A stretch of DNA of 64,000 bases from a virus (taxonomy: Duplodnaviria; Caudoviricetes), in IMG/VR virus record IMGVR_UViG_2718218393_000006, positions 32,001 through 96,000 of that record; one strand, 5' to 3'. The position numbers and the translations under genes are program-made. Under the pieces are notes generated by a model that saw only the letters and a program-made list of their open reading frames with translations, had not been told where the DNA came from and did no database searches. Below, piece after piece: positions 48,053-57,652 of the stretch (position 1 is the stretch's first letter; each line of letters opens with the position of its first letter).

Positions 48053-48487
48053 CTACAAGACAGCTGTTCGTATGTGTCCGCCGCTGTACACATCCATGCT
48101 GATCGCCACCTCCACAGCACGGGGAGCATCGGCACCTGCGCGCATAGCCGCCAGCGCGGGGATCTTGCCAGAGCCAATGGCCATGGGTGCCGGCCAGGAC
48201 TCGGGGGCAAGGCACTCATCGCTCACCATGGCCAGCCGCTCGCCATCCCACACCAAAGCGGCGAAGTCGGCGTTTTCGCCAGGCTGATCAGCGCGGCCTT
48301 CAATCCATGCCAGCGCGTCAGGTACGCTGCGAGTGACTCCTGCCATTCCGATGATGACCGGGCGCCCACTCCAGCGGTTGGTTTCCAGTCGGTGCAATTT
48401 CTGCAGGTCGTCAGCCAGGATGACTTCCTCGGCCGTAGCGCGGCCGTCCGCGGCCATGGTGATGCCGTCGAATGCGATGGTAGTCAT
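48053..48487 (-). CDS. HslV/proteasome-beta-like NTN hydrolase
   Basis: MTTIAFDG..AADG, AIGSG, DVYSGG. Confidence 0.75.
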   Translation of the reverse strand: MTTIAFDGITMAADGRATAEEVILADDLQKLHRLETNRWSGRPVIIGMAGVTRSVPDALAWIEGRADQPGENADFAALVWDGERLAMVSDECLAPESWPAPMAIGSGKIPALAAMRAGADAPRAVEVAISMDVYSGGHIRTAVL

Positions 48488-48847
48488 GTGCCATCTCGGA
48501 GGTGGTCGTTAATACCACTTTGCCGTTTTGATGCGTTTTTGCCAGGTGAATACCTGGCCCTGTTAATACCAGTAGCGTTTTCAACCCGCGCATGGGGTTA
48601 AACCCGCATAGTTACGGCGGCACCCTGCTACAATCCACCCAATTGACATGAATGGAGGTTAAGATGCCACTCCGTATGATTTATATCGTTGCGCTGCTGG
48701 TAGGGCTGCCGACTGTGGCCGGCATACTGTTGACCAATGTCGTAGCAGACACTGCCGGCTGGAAATGCGCTGAGAAGGGCTACCAGATGCGGGATGGCAA
48801 GTGCCCCGCTCCGGAAAGCCGTGGTGGCTAATTTAAGGTGAGCAAAC

Positions 48848-49141
48848 ATGGAAGCATTCCGCATTCGCATCAAAGACGGCAGGACGATCGCTGGCATTGC
48901 ATACAACCATAGCCGGATAGACATCCTCCCCGGAGAGTACGAAGCGCACTTTGCTGAAATCACCGTCAGAATTGGTGGGGCGGAGAGAAAAGAATTGGCA
49001 TTGACTGTCATGGACGTCCATCCAGACCCAACCGCGCCCGACAAGTCCCTTACTATCATGTCCAGCGAGTTCCCTCATGACCTGGATGGCTTTCCGAACA
49101 CAAGTAGGACCAGCTCTATTGAAGTGTTGGAGCGCCTCTAG
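48848..49141 (+). CDS. Hypothetical protein
   Basis: AAGGTGAG RBS; 97 aa. Confidence 0.55.
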   Translation: MEAFRIRIKDGRTIAGIAYNHSRIDILPGEYEAHFAEITVRIGGAERKELALTVMDVHPDPTAPDKSLTIMSSEFPHDLDGFPNTSRTSSIEVLERL

Positions 49142-49331
49142 CCTCCCGGCGCAGCTCCGGCACGATCTTCACGTCCATACACTCCATCGCAATGTCCACC
49201 GCGCGACGTTGGATCACCTCCATCCGGTGCGGACTGATCGACTGGCCGTCGTACTCGGCCACCAAGGACTTGATCCGTTCCTCGGCGGTCGCGCTGTCGA
49301 ACTGGACGCGGGCGGTGATGTGCTGGGTCAT
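49116..49331 (-). CDS. Phage hypothetical protein
   Basis: GGAG RBS; 71 aa. Confidence 0.5.
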   Translation of the reverse strand: MTQHITARVQFDSATAEERIKSLVAEYDGQSISPHRMEVIQRRAVDIAMECMDVKIVPELRREARGAPTLQ

Positions 49332-49333
49332 GG

Positions 49334-49525
49334 CTATCTCCGTACCAGTTTGATGAGTGCGCGGCGGGTGAACGTGGCGTGCTGCCGGTTACGGTGAAAT
49401 CGCACCGTGATCTCGTCGGCGTCTCGGCAGATGACTCGGCAGCGCGTGCCGGTGATCAGCACCAACTCGGCGCCGCGGCCCCAGGGCGCAGCCTCGTAGA
49501 CGATGGTTGTGTGACGTAGCCGCAT
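49334..49525 (-). CDS. Phage hypothetical protein
   Basis: GAGG RBS; 63 aa. Confidence 0.45.
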   Translation of the reverse strand: MRLRHTTIVYEAAPWGRGAELVLITGTRCRVICRDADEITVRFHRNRQHATFTRRALIKLVRR

Positions 49526-49633
49526 GCGGGCCTCGGAAATGAAAAGCCCTTCCTATGGAAGGGCTTGAAATGGAACTGGCAATTAGTCCAGTGATATCAA
49601 CATGACAACAGGGAGTAAAAAGCTGTTTCCGCG

Positions 49634-50215
49634 ATGAAATATGGAAACGACATGAATAAAATTGCTATAATTGCATTCGGCATGGCATTCAGCACCCTTG
49701 CAATGGCTGAAAACGGAGCAAATACGACCTACCCTGCAGTAATCTTCAATCAAGACTTATCGCAGAAGCTGATCAAGCTCTTGCCAAAGACGGCTCCGGT
49801 GTACAAGCTTGGTGAAATAACTACGCTTATGGCACCAGCTCCGGCACTAAAAAGCATGAGGGTAATAGCTGTAGACTCTGATCGAGCAGGCCTTGAGACA
49901 TACAATACGGAAAATCTCCCTCCGTATGAGACTCAAAAGCAGCACGCTGGCGGCGCACGGCTCAATGTAGTAACGGTGGAAGTAGGTTTTGGCAGGGCCT
50001 ACGCGAAATACAATGGAGCAAACCTTTCATCTACCGATACGGCTATTTGCCAAGACTGGTCTGGGATATGGAGACCTTGCCAGAACGGTGAATTAGTCGG
50101 TGGTTGGATGCGAACCTGGAATGCAGCAGGCCGCGGGGCAGGTCAGTTTGAATCTTGGTCTACTTCATTGAATATGCCGACCAACACATATCACGCAAAT
50201 ATTAAGGTCCATTAA
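49634..50215 (+). CDS. Secreted protein (YolA/DUF4879-like); moron
   Basis: Signal peptide; APAPAL...HAG..L.VVTVEVGFG pattern. Confidence 0.6.
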   Translation: MKYGNDMNKIAIIAFGMAFSTLAMAENGANTTYPAVIFNQDLSQKLIKLLPKTAPVYKLGEITTLMAPAPALKSMRVIAVDSDRAGLETYNTENLPPYETQKQHAGGARLNVVTVEVGFGRAYAKYNGANLSSTDTAICQDWSGIWRPCQNGELVGGWMRTWNAAGRGAGQFESWSTSLNMPTNTYHANIKVH

Positions 50216-50240
50216 ACCTTATTACACTGACGAGGCTTAT

Positions 50241-50666
50241 ATGCTAATCCTTTCGACTTCCGAACAGAAGTTAGCCGCCACACAACGTGTGGTTGCTAAT
50301 GGACAAGCATCCAACTTCTCGCAGTTTTTGGAGAAGGCAAAGTCTGACGCATCGGCGTCCGCTCAAGTCTCGTCAGTGCCCAGCTCACCAAACCTGGAAA
50401 ATCTCACCACTAATGAAGCATATGACGTGCTATCGGGTCTGGCCAAGTCAGGAAAATTGACGCCTGAAGAATATCAAACCATGGCGCCAACGGTTTATTT
50501 AAGGGCCTTGAATGAAGGGCAAGGGAGCCCGCAGCCCGAGCGATTCGACTTGCTTTCTGGCGTACAAAGCCTTATCGAAAACAGCAAGATGATTGGTAGG
50601 TATGATCAGGTCCGCGCGCAAACTCACGGTCTTGAACTTTTAAAGGCATATCAGACAAATTCATGA
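50241..50666 (+). CDS. Hypothetical protein; moron
   Basis: GAGG RBS; followed by bidirectional terminator 50666-50694. Confidence 0.6.
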   Translation: MLILSTSEQKLAATQRVVANGQASNFSQFLEKAKSDASASAQVSSVPSSPNLENLTTNEAYDVLSGLAKSGKLTPEEYQTMAPTVYLRALNEGQGSPQPERFDLLSGVQSLIENSKMIGRYDQVRAQTHGLELLKAYQTNS

Positions 50667-50836
50667 AGAAGGGCGGCATCAGCCGCCCTTCTTTCTTGGC
50701 CCTGCTAATCATTTACTAACGGCGGGGCCATTTCATTTCCGCCGGACGCGACAAGCCACCCGCAAGGGTGGCATCTCAAACCGTTCGACGGTCAATCAAA
50801 TTATATATGTGATGTTATATCGTTTCATTTAACTGG

Positions 50837-51328
50837 TCAAGCTCTCAGGTTTCGCTTGGCGCGATTCCAGACCTCTTGTGTCAGCCTCGCCACAATCGCG
50901 TCGTACTGCGCAGCGTGCATGCCCAGCCGGTCGCGCTTGAATCGCAGGTCTGGCAGCTTGAAAGTGCCGGCAGCGTCGATCTTGCCGCGGTAGTGGTTCA
51001 GCAGGATGTCGCGCTCGTTCACGCTGCAGCCATTCGTCACCCGGGCCCGGCCGCCGCCCATCGACACTCGCATAGTGCCGTAGCTGATGGCGCGCTCCAC
51101 GGCCAGCACCTGGCGCAGGTCCAGCACCTCGCCGGCACCCTTGAGATATCTGCAGGACTCGCACGGATCGTCGTCCTCGAAACAAGCCGGGCAACGGTTC
51201 GCGCGGAACTTGCCTTCCAATCCGGGAGAGCGGTCCTTGCCATTACCCTGGCGTTGCCATTTCCCCCACTGTTCCAGCGCACATAGCGCCTTCAGCTTGT
51301 CGTCGTGTTCCAGTTCGTTCATCACCAT
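50837..51328 (-). CDS. Putative late antiterminator Q-like protein
   Basis: LEQWGKW start, zinc motif, last gene of the nin region. Confidence 0.6.
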   Translation of the reverse strand: MVMNELEHDDKLKALCALEQWGKWQRQGNGKDRSPGLEGKFRANRCPACFEDDDPCESCRYLKGAGEVLDLRQVLAVERAISYGTMRVSMGGGRARVTNGCSVNERDILLNHYRGKIDAAGTFKLPDLRFKRDRLGMHAAQYDAIVARLTQEVWNRAKRNLRA

Positions 51329-51341
51329 TGCACCGCCCCTT

Positions 51342-51797
51342 TCACATGCCAAACCGACCAATCAGCGCGGCCTCAGCGCGACCATCGTCTTTCACCCTGG
51401 CGAACAGGCAGGCCTGGGCCGGGAACAGCTCCGCGGCGCGAGCCCGGCTGCCGTCCTTGCCATCCTTGCGGCCCGCCCGCTTCTGCCACTGCTGAGGCGT
51501 GACGAACGATACCGGCAGGCCCAGGCCCGCGCAGACGCCCTCCACGATGCCGGCGCTTTTACCAAAGTTGAACATGCTGGTAACGCCCTGGCCGCTCATC
51601 GCCCCGACTTTCTCGATCACCACATGCGCGCTGGCGTGCTGCCTGAGCAGGCTGGCCAGCAGCGCCGGCGACACACTCCGCTTGGTGGTCTTGCCGCTCT
51701 TCAGCTCTACAACCGGCATGTCGTAGACGTCCAGCAGCTGATCTCCGTCCAGCACCGCGATGGCGCCGTTGATGCCCGGGTCGATTCCTAGCCTCAT
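51342..51797 (-). CDS. RuvC-like Holliday junction resolvase
   Basis: LGIDPGINGA, VVIEKV, PQQWQK, DGRAEAALI. Confidence 0.8.
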   Translation of the reverse strand: MRLGIDPGINGAIAVLDGDQLLDVYDMPVVELKSGKTTKRSVSPALLASLLRQHASAHVVIEKVGAMSGQGVTSMFNFGKSAGIVEGVCAGLGLPVSFVTPQQWQKRAGRKDGKDGSRARAAELFPAQACLFARVKDDGRAEAALIGRFGM

Positions 51798-52156
51798 GCG
51801 GCCTCCCTCCTGAGTGCTTCTTTGTTCACGATCACCAGTCCGCCGGCCGCCAGCTTTTCCAACGTCAGCACGATGGCCCTGTTCATCTCCGCGCGCCGCT
51901 CGTCGCGCGAAAGCTTGTTGCCGTTGCCCAGCTCGTGATGGCAGCCCGGGCAGAGCGCAGCAGTCAGCGCATCGGCCGACTTCATGCCCATGCCTTTCCC
52001 TTCGTCGCGGTGCGCGACCTGGATGCCGTATGCGCCGCAAAGGACGCAGAACTTGAGCGAACCCACGGCGGCCAACCAGTCGGCGTTCTTCGTCGTGTCA
52101 CGCCGGCCGGTGCCAGGCGTGGAGCCAGGGCGAGGAACGATTTTGCTTGGCTTCAT
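51794..52156 (-). CDS. Nin-region zinc-binding putative nuclease (DUF968/DUF1364-like)
   Basis: CVLCG...AH...GKGMGMK...LCPGCH. Confidence 0.65.
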   Translation of the reverse strand: MKPSKIVPRPGSTPGTGRRDTTKNADWLAAVGSLKFCVLCGAYGIQVAHRDEGKGMGMKSADALTAALCPGCHHELGNGNKLSRDERRAEMNRAIVLTLEKLAAGGLVIVNKEALRREAA

Positions 52157-52590
52157 GCCGCCTTCTTCCCGTACGCTGAGCCCAGCCCGAATTTCACGCC
52201 CTTCTCCGCGCCGAACGCATGGATCAGCTCCAGCAACTCGCCCATCTCGCGGATGCTCATGTCGCTGGTGCGCTGGCCCAAGATCACGAAGCCCGTGCCA
52301 TCGATGTTCGGCACCACCTTGGTCCGACGCAGGCTGGCGGTCAGCAGGTCTTTCCATTCCTCCGCCGTCAGATTGTTGCCGTACCAGTCCAGTTGCTCGC
52401 TGATGTCCGTCAGCGCGGCCCACATGGCAGCGTTCTGGCTCAAGTTGCGGATGCTGGCGGTTTGGATCGTGACCTTTAAACCTCTGCCATCGGCGGCCTC
52501 GTCCAGCATCTGGCACGCCAGCTGATATGCGCGGGCCATGCGCGGCCGGAGATCGGCGCCGGTCTGGATGGTGAGCGCTTCCCGGCTCAT
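52153..52590 (-). CDS. ninB: NinB/Orf recombination protein
   Basis: RNLSQNAAMWAALTDISEQ, EEWKDL, RTSDMS, FGAEKGV. Confidence 0.88.
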   Translation of the reverse strand: MSREALTIQTGADLRPRMARAYQLACQMLDEAADGRGLKVTIQTASIRNLSQNAAMWAALTDISEQLDWYGNNLTAEEWKDLLTASLRRTKVVPNIDGTGFVILGQRTSDMSIREMGELLELIHAFGAEKGVKFGLGSAYGKKAA

Positions 52591-53261
52591 GCAGCCTCCC
52601 GCGGAGACGCTGAGCGCTGGTCGACCAGCTTCAGGATCTTGTCCGCTTGCTCCGCCCCCATCTCGTTCCGCTCCAACAGCGGTCGCGAGGAGCCGGCCAG
52701 CATGACAGTCTTGGCAATCGCAGGGCTGCCCAGCAGCATGGGTGGCTCGCAGCGCAACCTAGCCTTGCGGTTATCGGCTTCGAACTGGCCGATCATCACC
52801 GGCGGATACTCCGGCACCTCTTGCCGGCCGGCGAATGCACGGTAGCGGCTTTCGAAATCGCGTGCCACGAACGGCCAATCGTCCTCGGTTTTCGTGCCAA
52901 GTGCGATCCAGCCCCCCATCTCCGCCAGCGCGCGGTGGATCAGCGGGTCGTCGAACACGACACTGCGGTAGGTGCCGACGTGGCGCAGGGCCTTGTCGAC
53001 CTTGTGCCAGGCTTGCAGGGCCTTGTCCTGGCTGGAGCCGGCAGTCATGCGGATCAGGTCGGCCGGCTTGGGCATGAACTGGCCGTTGTCGGGGCTGGTG
53101 ACGTGGCGGTTCATGGCCTCACGGAACACGGCCAGGTCCAGATGCTTCAGGGCGTTCCAGTAGATCGTGATCGCGGGCGTCGTCAGCGGCTTGCCGTAAA
53201 GCTCGGCGACCGCCTGGAGCAGGCTGACGAATGTGTCGTAGTCGTTCTGTTGCATGGTCAT
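52587..53261 (-). CDS. Replication-associated protein (DUF6475-like, helicase-loader position)
   Basis: FMPKPADLI, SVVFDDPLIH...MGGW. Confidence 0.7.
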   Translation of the reverse strand: MTMQQNDYDTFVSLLQAVAELYGKPLTTPAITIYWNALKHLDLAVFREAMNRHVTSPDNGQFMPKPADLIRMTAGSSQDKALQAWHKVDKALRHVGTYRSVVFDDPLIHRALAEMGGWIALGTKTEDDWPFVARDFESRYRAFAGRQEVPEYPPVMIGQFEADNRKARLRCEPPMLLGSPAIAKTVMLAGSSRPLLERNEMGAEQADKILKLVDQRSASPREAA

Positions 53262-54064
53262 GCATCCGTAGGTTCGTCGCCAAAGAGCATCCGCTTAGCC
53301 TCTTCAGCAGCGGCACGGTTCTGTTCGGCAAGGGTTGGCTTGCCACCGGATGGGCGGCTGGATTGAGGGGTGTCACGGTGCAGCCATTCGGCCTTGAAGC
53401 CCTGCCAACCGCGCTCGGCGGAAATTTGGATCGCCTGGGCCAACGTCAGGCCGGCAATTGCGGCTTCGCGCTCGATGCCGGCAAGGGCGGTGGCAGTCAG
53501 CGGTGCGCGCTTGGCCTTGCGGATGAGCAAGAAGTCGGCGGCATGCAGAGGATCAACTCCCCTCAGTTTCAGGTCTTTGGCTGTAAGGGGCTTGCTATTT
53601 TCGTCGTCCGCGGACGCGGGCGGAGTACTGTTTTTACTACCATCTGTGTAACTATCTGGTAAGCCATCTGGTATAGGTTCGCCCTTCTGGGCGTTTCGTT
53701 TCGCCCGTTTGGGCGCTTCCATTTGCCCATTTGGGCAGATGAGATGCCCGTTCAGGAAAATGGATTCGTCCACGAAGGCATACCACAAAGTCCGGTCGTA
53801 GCCCTGGTCGTTGTAGTTGCCCTTCATGATCACGCCGTGGCGGACAAGGCTGTCTAAAACGCGGCGAATTTGCTTCTCAGACAGGTACGGGAACAGCTCG
53901 CCAAAGGCCTTGATGCTGTTGTATGTCCAAGTCCGTCCGTCGTAGAGGTGGCGCCCATTAGCCTTGTTCTTGGCAATCCAGAACGCCATGTTGTTGATGA
54001 ACACTGCCTCCTCTACGCCATACATGGCGGCATGGGCGATATCGAACGAGTGAACTACGCTCAT
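53258..54064 (-). CDS. Phage replication initiator (O-like)
   Basis: N-terminal winged helix (DGRTWTYNS...FPYLS), C-terminal WQGFKAEW; internal iterons. Confidence 0.8.
   Translation of the reverse strand: MSVVHSFDIAHAAMYGVEEAVFINNMAFWIAKNKANGRHLYDGRTWTYNSIKAFGELFPYLSEKQIRRVLDSLVRHGVIMKGNYNDQGYDRTLWYAFVDESIFLNGHLICPNGQMEAPKRAKRNAQKGEPIPDGLPDSYTDGSKNSTPPASADDENSKPLTAKDLKLRGVDPLHAADFLLIRKAKRAPLTATALAGIEREAAIAGLTLAQAIQISAERGWQGFKAEWLHRDTPQSSRPSGGKPTLAEQNRAAAEEAKRMLFGDEPTDA
53681..53757. repeat. Replication origin iterons GCCCnTTTGGGC-like x4
   Basis: Palindromic units start at 53681, 53703, 53725, 53746 (22, 22, 21 bp spacing) inside the initiator gene. Confidence 0.72.
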
Positions 54065-54226
54065 TCCCGCTTGCCTCCATCGGTATTCGTTGCCATAATT
54101 TCTCCTGATCTTGATTAACCCCCGCGAGGCCCGGCCAGGCCGTTGACCGGGGGTTTTTCTTTTCCTGCAAGACTGCGAGACCTGCCCTCTGATATGCTTA
54201 AATCCCATTTGCATACAGGAGGCTGT

Positions 54227-54454
54227 ATGAAGACCTTCATCAACAAAATCAGATACGACCACTCGAACGGATATGCAGCAGTGGAGTTAATGATTCCTGC
54301 CGATAACGACGAGCTCGGATCGGTGGTCACCATTGATGTAGAAATCCCCATCAACAAGGCCTATGAGTCGAGCTACGGCGTCCTCATGGAGATGGCTATC
54401 CGCGAGGCTTGTCGCCACCACGCTTGGCTCGATAAAGCGCTCCGCCCGGCCTAA
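54227..54454 (+). CDS. Hypothetical protein
   Basis: AGGAGG RBS; 75 aa. Confidence 0.55.
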   Translation: MKTFINKIRYDHSNGYAAVELMIPADNDELGSVVTIDVEIPINKAYESSYGVLMEMAIREACRHHAWLDKALRPA

Positions 54455-54602
54455 GCTCATCCGCAATCGCGGCCTTGATCGCTTGCGGCAGCTGCGCGCT
54501 CAGTTCGCAAAGCTGCTGCTGCGTCGCCCCTAAGTCCGCCCGTAAGCCAGTCACCACGCTGCTCAGCGCATTGATCTGCTGCTGCAACTGTTCGATGTCC
54601 AT
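54396..54602 (-). CDS. Small coiled-coil phage protein
   Basis: MDIEQLQQQINAL...; coupled to the methylase. Confidence 0.5.
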   Translation of the reverse strand: MDIEQLQQQINALSSVVTGLRADLGATQQQLCELSAQLPQAIKAAIADELRPGGALYRAKRGGDKPRG

Positions 54603-55114
54603 CACTCCCCTCCCTTGATCTCGTGCGCCCGGCCGCCAGCGCCCGGCACCTTGTACGCGCTCAACTTGCATTGCCCGTTCTCGCCCGGCTTGTAGACCAC
54701 CAGCACGGCCGGGAACGGCGCCTTCGCCTTTGCCCCATCGAACCGCAGCCGCTTGTCCAGCGCGCGGATCTCCGCGGCCTTCAGCGCGTGGCGATGGAAC
54801 CAACGGGTATCCGTCCGCGCCGGCACCAGGCAGACCACCAGCGCGCCATCGATGCTGGAGCAGTAGGCCTTGGCCATCCACAGCTTGATCTGGTGGCCGA
54901 ACGGCGGGTTCATCCAGACGACGTCCCTGCCCCAGTCCTGGGCCAATCCATCCTGCTCGCGCGTGAAAAATCTCTCGCACTTGGCGTTCTCCGGCGTCGC
55001 GCAGACGTCCAGCGTGAACCCGAACTCCGCGTGCAGCTGGTCGAACAGCTCCTGCGGTGTCGGCCACTCGTCCGTTTTGCTGCTGAAATGCACCTGCTCG
55101 CTCAGATCCGCCAT
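54602..55114 (-). CDS. Phage DNA N6-adenine methyltransferase
   Basis: WPTPQ, FTLDVCA, WMNPPF, VPARTDT. Confidence 0.88.
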   Translation of the reverse strand: MADLSEQVHFSSKTDEWPTPQELFDQLHAEFGFTLDVCATPENAKCERFFTREQDGLAQDWGRDVVWMNPPFGHQIKLWMAKAYCSSIDGALVVCLVPARTDTRWFHRHALKAAEIRALDKRLRFDGAKAKAPFPAVLVVYKPGENGQCKLSAYKVPGAGGRAHEIKGGE

Positions 55115-55383
55115 CAGGCGGCCTCCGCGAGCGCATAGTCGTTGGCGGCTTCGCGAGGCAGGAACGGGGCGAGGCGCTCATCGCCAGTGAGTTCGTACAG
55201 CCTGGCGCGTTCCGCAACAGAAAAACGCGCCGGGCAGTGCGAAACCTTATCCCGGTTTATCTTTCTCCTCAGCGAATTGGGGTTTATGCCCAGCTCGTCC
55301 GCCAAGTGCTTCAACTTCAGCCCCGTCCGATCCTTCCAGTCGGCAACGACCTGGTAGATCACCACATCGATCTCAGAAAACAT
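55114..55383 (-). CDS. CII-like HTH regulator
   Basis: LADELGINPNSLRRKIN; position upstream of replication genes. Confidence 0.65.
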   Translation of the reverse strand: MFSEIDVVIYQVVADWKDRTGLKLKHLADELGINPNSLRRKINRDKVSHCPARFSVAERARLYELTGDERLAPFLPREAANDYALAEAA

Positions 55384-55638
55384 GGTTCGCAACATTTCCT
55401 TGAAAAGTGATCATTTTCAAAGGTTTAGTGCTTTGCCATACTTCACTCAGCACCAAGCCAGACCCGCTACAGCGCCTCGACCGGCTACCACCTTGGAGCG
55501 CGATGCGGGAGTTCTTTGACAACTGGATAAAACGCAAAGGAAATCCATAAATGCATGCACAAAGAAGTGGCGCCAGGCTGTCATACACACCGCAATCGTT
55601 GCAGCTATCGCAGGGAGCGAGTAAAGACGCACACGCAG

Positions 55639-55707
55639 AAAGAATAACAATTTGTTATTCTTTTAGCAATAACATTTTGGGAGTTCCAGGCAATAACAAT
55701 TTGCTGT
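55639..55707. promoter_or_regulatory. OR-like operator cluster (AATAACA-N3-TGTTATT)
   Basis: Perfect palindrome AAAGAATAACAA-T-TTGTTATTCTTT 55639-55663 plus degenerate copies at about 55668 and 55692. Confidence 0.75.
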
Positions 55708-55718
55708 CAAATCGCAGC

Positions 55719-56084
55719 ATGGAAAGTAAAGAATTTCGTCGTGCCAACTTGCTTGCCTTGATCGAGCAATATGGAACAATCAGGCACCTAGCCGAAAAGG
55801 TTGATGTGGCCCCAAACCATCTGAGCCTTGTGAAAAACCATGTAAGAAACATGGGGGATAAGCTTGCGCGTCGCATCGAGGAGGCTGTAGGAAAGCCAGT
55901 GGGCTGGATGGACTTGCCTCACGATGGTGGCGACTTGGACCTAGCCCAAGATGTGGCATCAGTTACGATCACAGCTCAGTCTGAAGAGGAGCTCGTGAAG
56001 CTCCTGCGCGAAAAGGGCGAAGCCTACGCGTTCGAACTGCTCCGCAAGGCATTCATGGAGCAGGAAAACAAAAAGGGCGACTGA
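55719..56084 (+). CDS. CI-like HTH repressor without S24 peptidase domain
   Basis: RRANLLAL...RNMGDKLARRIE...GWMD; divergent from the replication operon. Confidence 0.8.
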   Translation: MESKEFRRANLLALIEQYGTIRHLAEKVDVAPNHLSLVKNHVRNMGDKLARRIEEAVGKPVGWMDLPHDGGDLDLAQDVASVTITAQSEEELVKLLREKGEAYAFELLRKAFMEQENKKGD

Positions 56085-56103
56085 TGTCGCCCCACTCTAC
56101 CCT

Positions 56104-56301
56104 CTAGGCCGCAAACCTGGCCTGGGTCAAATCTAGACTACTCACATCCCCGCTCCGCACAAACTCCAAGGAGCCATCTTGGTAGCGCCTGAGCGCCACT
56201 TCGGCGACAACCGGGCCGCGCGCGTCGAAACCAGCTCTGTGGTGATGACAGTTTGCCGCATGCACACATGGCGCATGAGCGGTATTGCAATTGCTCTGCA
56301 T
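56104..56301 (-). CDS. Small ORF (65 aa), candidate LuxR-controlled antirepressor
   Basis: GGAG/AGGA RBS; TACGAT -10 at 56331-56326; palindromes upstream. Confidence 0.5.
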   Translation of the reverse strand: MQSNCNTAHAPCVHAANCHHHRAGFDARGPVVAEVALRRYQDGSLEFVRSGDVSSLDLTQARFAA

Positions 56302-56386
56302 TCCTAACTCCGTTTCAGGTGCTCAATCGTAGCCGTCTGTCATATGTCACTACTGACATCTTCTTGTTTTATTGCCACATTGTCCC

Positions 56387-56404
56387 ACCTGACATCTGTC
56401 AGGT
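56387..56404. promoter_or_regulatory. lux/tra-box-like palindrome ACCTGACATCTGTCAGGT
   Basis: Perfect 8-bp arms with ACCTG...CAGGT ends, next to the luxR gene. Confidence 0.6.
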
Positions 56405-56480
56405 CATTACTAGAAATAGTAAGAAAATCTGTACACAGTAAAAATACGTATTTATAAATACATGGTTTAAATGCCATGTA

Positions 56481-57233
56481 TTATTCGCATGCCCCGATCT
56501 TGTACATCAGCTGCTCTACAGTTGACGCCTCGTAAGTCTCCATCAGGCGTCCGATGTGGTAATCGATTGTGTAGACACTCTTGCCTAAAGCTGATGCCAC
56601 CTCTGCTCTTTTAAACCCTCGCTTACAATACAGATCGATTACGGTTTGCTGGATTTTGCTCGTTTTAGCAATTCGTGCGTTTGAGGCAAAAACTCTATGC
56701 GCGACCTCGGCCAGATCGGGAAGCAGCATTTCGAGCAAATCACGCAGCGCGCGGTCGTCTTCCACCTGGCGCCCAATCATCGACAGCACGTATCGAACAC
56801 CGCCGCCCTTATCGGCAATGTAGGTCAGGCCATGCGTTAGCTTGTGGTGCTCGCAATCAGAGACGAACCTCCGCTGCGCCTGGGTCAGGCCCTGGGCGTA
56901 GAGCCGCGTCGACCACACAACCGGCTCACCTGCGGACGCCCTCACAATGGGGTCAACCTTCACGTAACCACGCTCTACGTACCGCAGCAACCAATCCTCA
57001 GACCAGCCGTGATTTATGTACAGCGATGGCACCTTGGTCCCGTAGAACGTCGCCAACAGCGTCGGCGCACCGCCGGCTACCGTGCACACCAGAGCCAGGG
57101 CCGCGTCAAGATCATCGCGCGTCCGAGCACGCACCAGCATGCTGCGCAGCGCTGCAGCAGCGCAGATTGCTGCATTGATTCTGTTATTGGATATCGCCGC
57201 GACTTCCGGCAGCTGATCGATAGCTGTCGTCAT
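56481..57233 (-). CDS. LuxR-family AHL-binding transcriptional regulator (LuxR solo)
   Basis: W-xxx-Y (WLLRY), DP, W (VVWS) and G (THGL) of the autoinducer-binding domain; C-terminal LuxR HTH. Confidence 0.88.
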   Translation of the reverse strand: MTTAIDQLPEVAAISNNRINAAICAAAALRSMLVRARTRDDLDAALALVCTVAGGAPTLLATFYGTKVPSLYINHGWSEDWLLRYVERGYVKVDPIVRASAGEPVVWSTRLYAQGLTQAQRRFVSDCEHHKLTHGLTYIADKGGGVRYVLSMIGRQVEDDRALRDLLEMLLPDLAEVAHRVFASNARIAKTSKIQQTVIDLYCKRGFKRAEVASALGKSVYTIDYHIGRLMETYEASTVEQLMYKIGACE

Positions 57234-57297
57234 GAGTCCTCCCCGTCTATTCAAGGTAGGACATTTCAACGACGCAGAAAACCGCGCCGCCGATTTC

Positions 57298-57633
57298 TCA
57301 GCGTGCGGTGGTCAGTAGCCGCTGCACCAGGCGCCAGACTTCGTCCGGCCCTTTGCTCAGCATTTGCTCAGCTACATCTTCCAGCGAGTCCGCAGAGACG
57401 TAAGGGGCCTCCGTGCTCGCCAAGGGCGTCTTACGCCCCTTGCCTGTCTCCAGCCATGTCAGCGAGACCCCCAGCGCCTTCGCAATGCCCGGCAGCTTGG
57501 CAGACTCGCGATTGCGACCATTCTCCAGGTCAGCAACTATCGACCGACTGCAACCGGCCCGCCGGCCAAGATCTTCCTGGCGCCAGCCGCGGCGCATGCG
57601 CTCGGCCCTGATTCGATCACCTCTTACATTCAT
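57298..57633 (-). CDS. XRE-family HTH regulator
   Basis: GDRIRAER...QEDLG...LENG...IAKALGVSLTWLETG. Confidence 0.85.
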   Translation of the reverse strand: MNVRGDRIRAERMRRGWRQEDLGRRAGCSRSIVADLENGRNRESAKLPGIAKALGVSLTWLETGKGRKTPLASTEAPYVSADSLEDVAEQMLSKGPDEVWRLVQRLLTTAR

Positions 57634-57652
57634 GCCGCATTGTCGATTACGG

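Noticed and set aside
54602-55114. Restriction-modification system
   Set aside because: Orphan phage adenine methylase with no adjacent endonuclease; common in lambdoid early regions.
55373-55650. cro gene next to OR
   Set aside because: Neither candidate ORF (55447-55650, 55373-55588) shows an HTH pattern or a good RBS.
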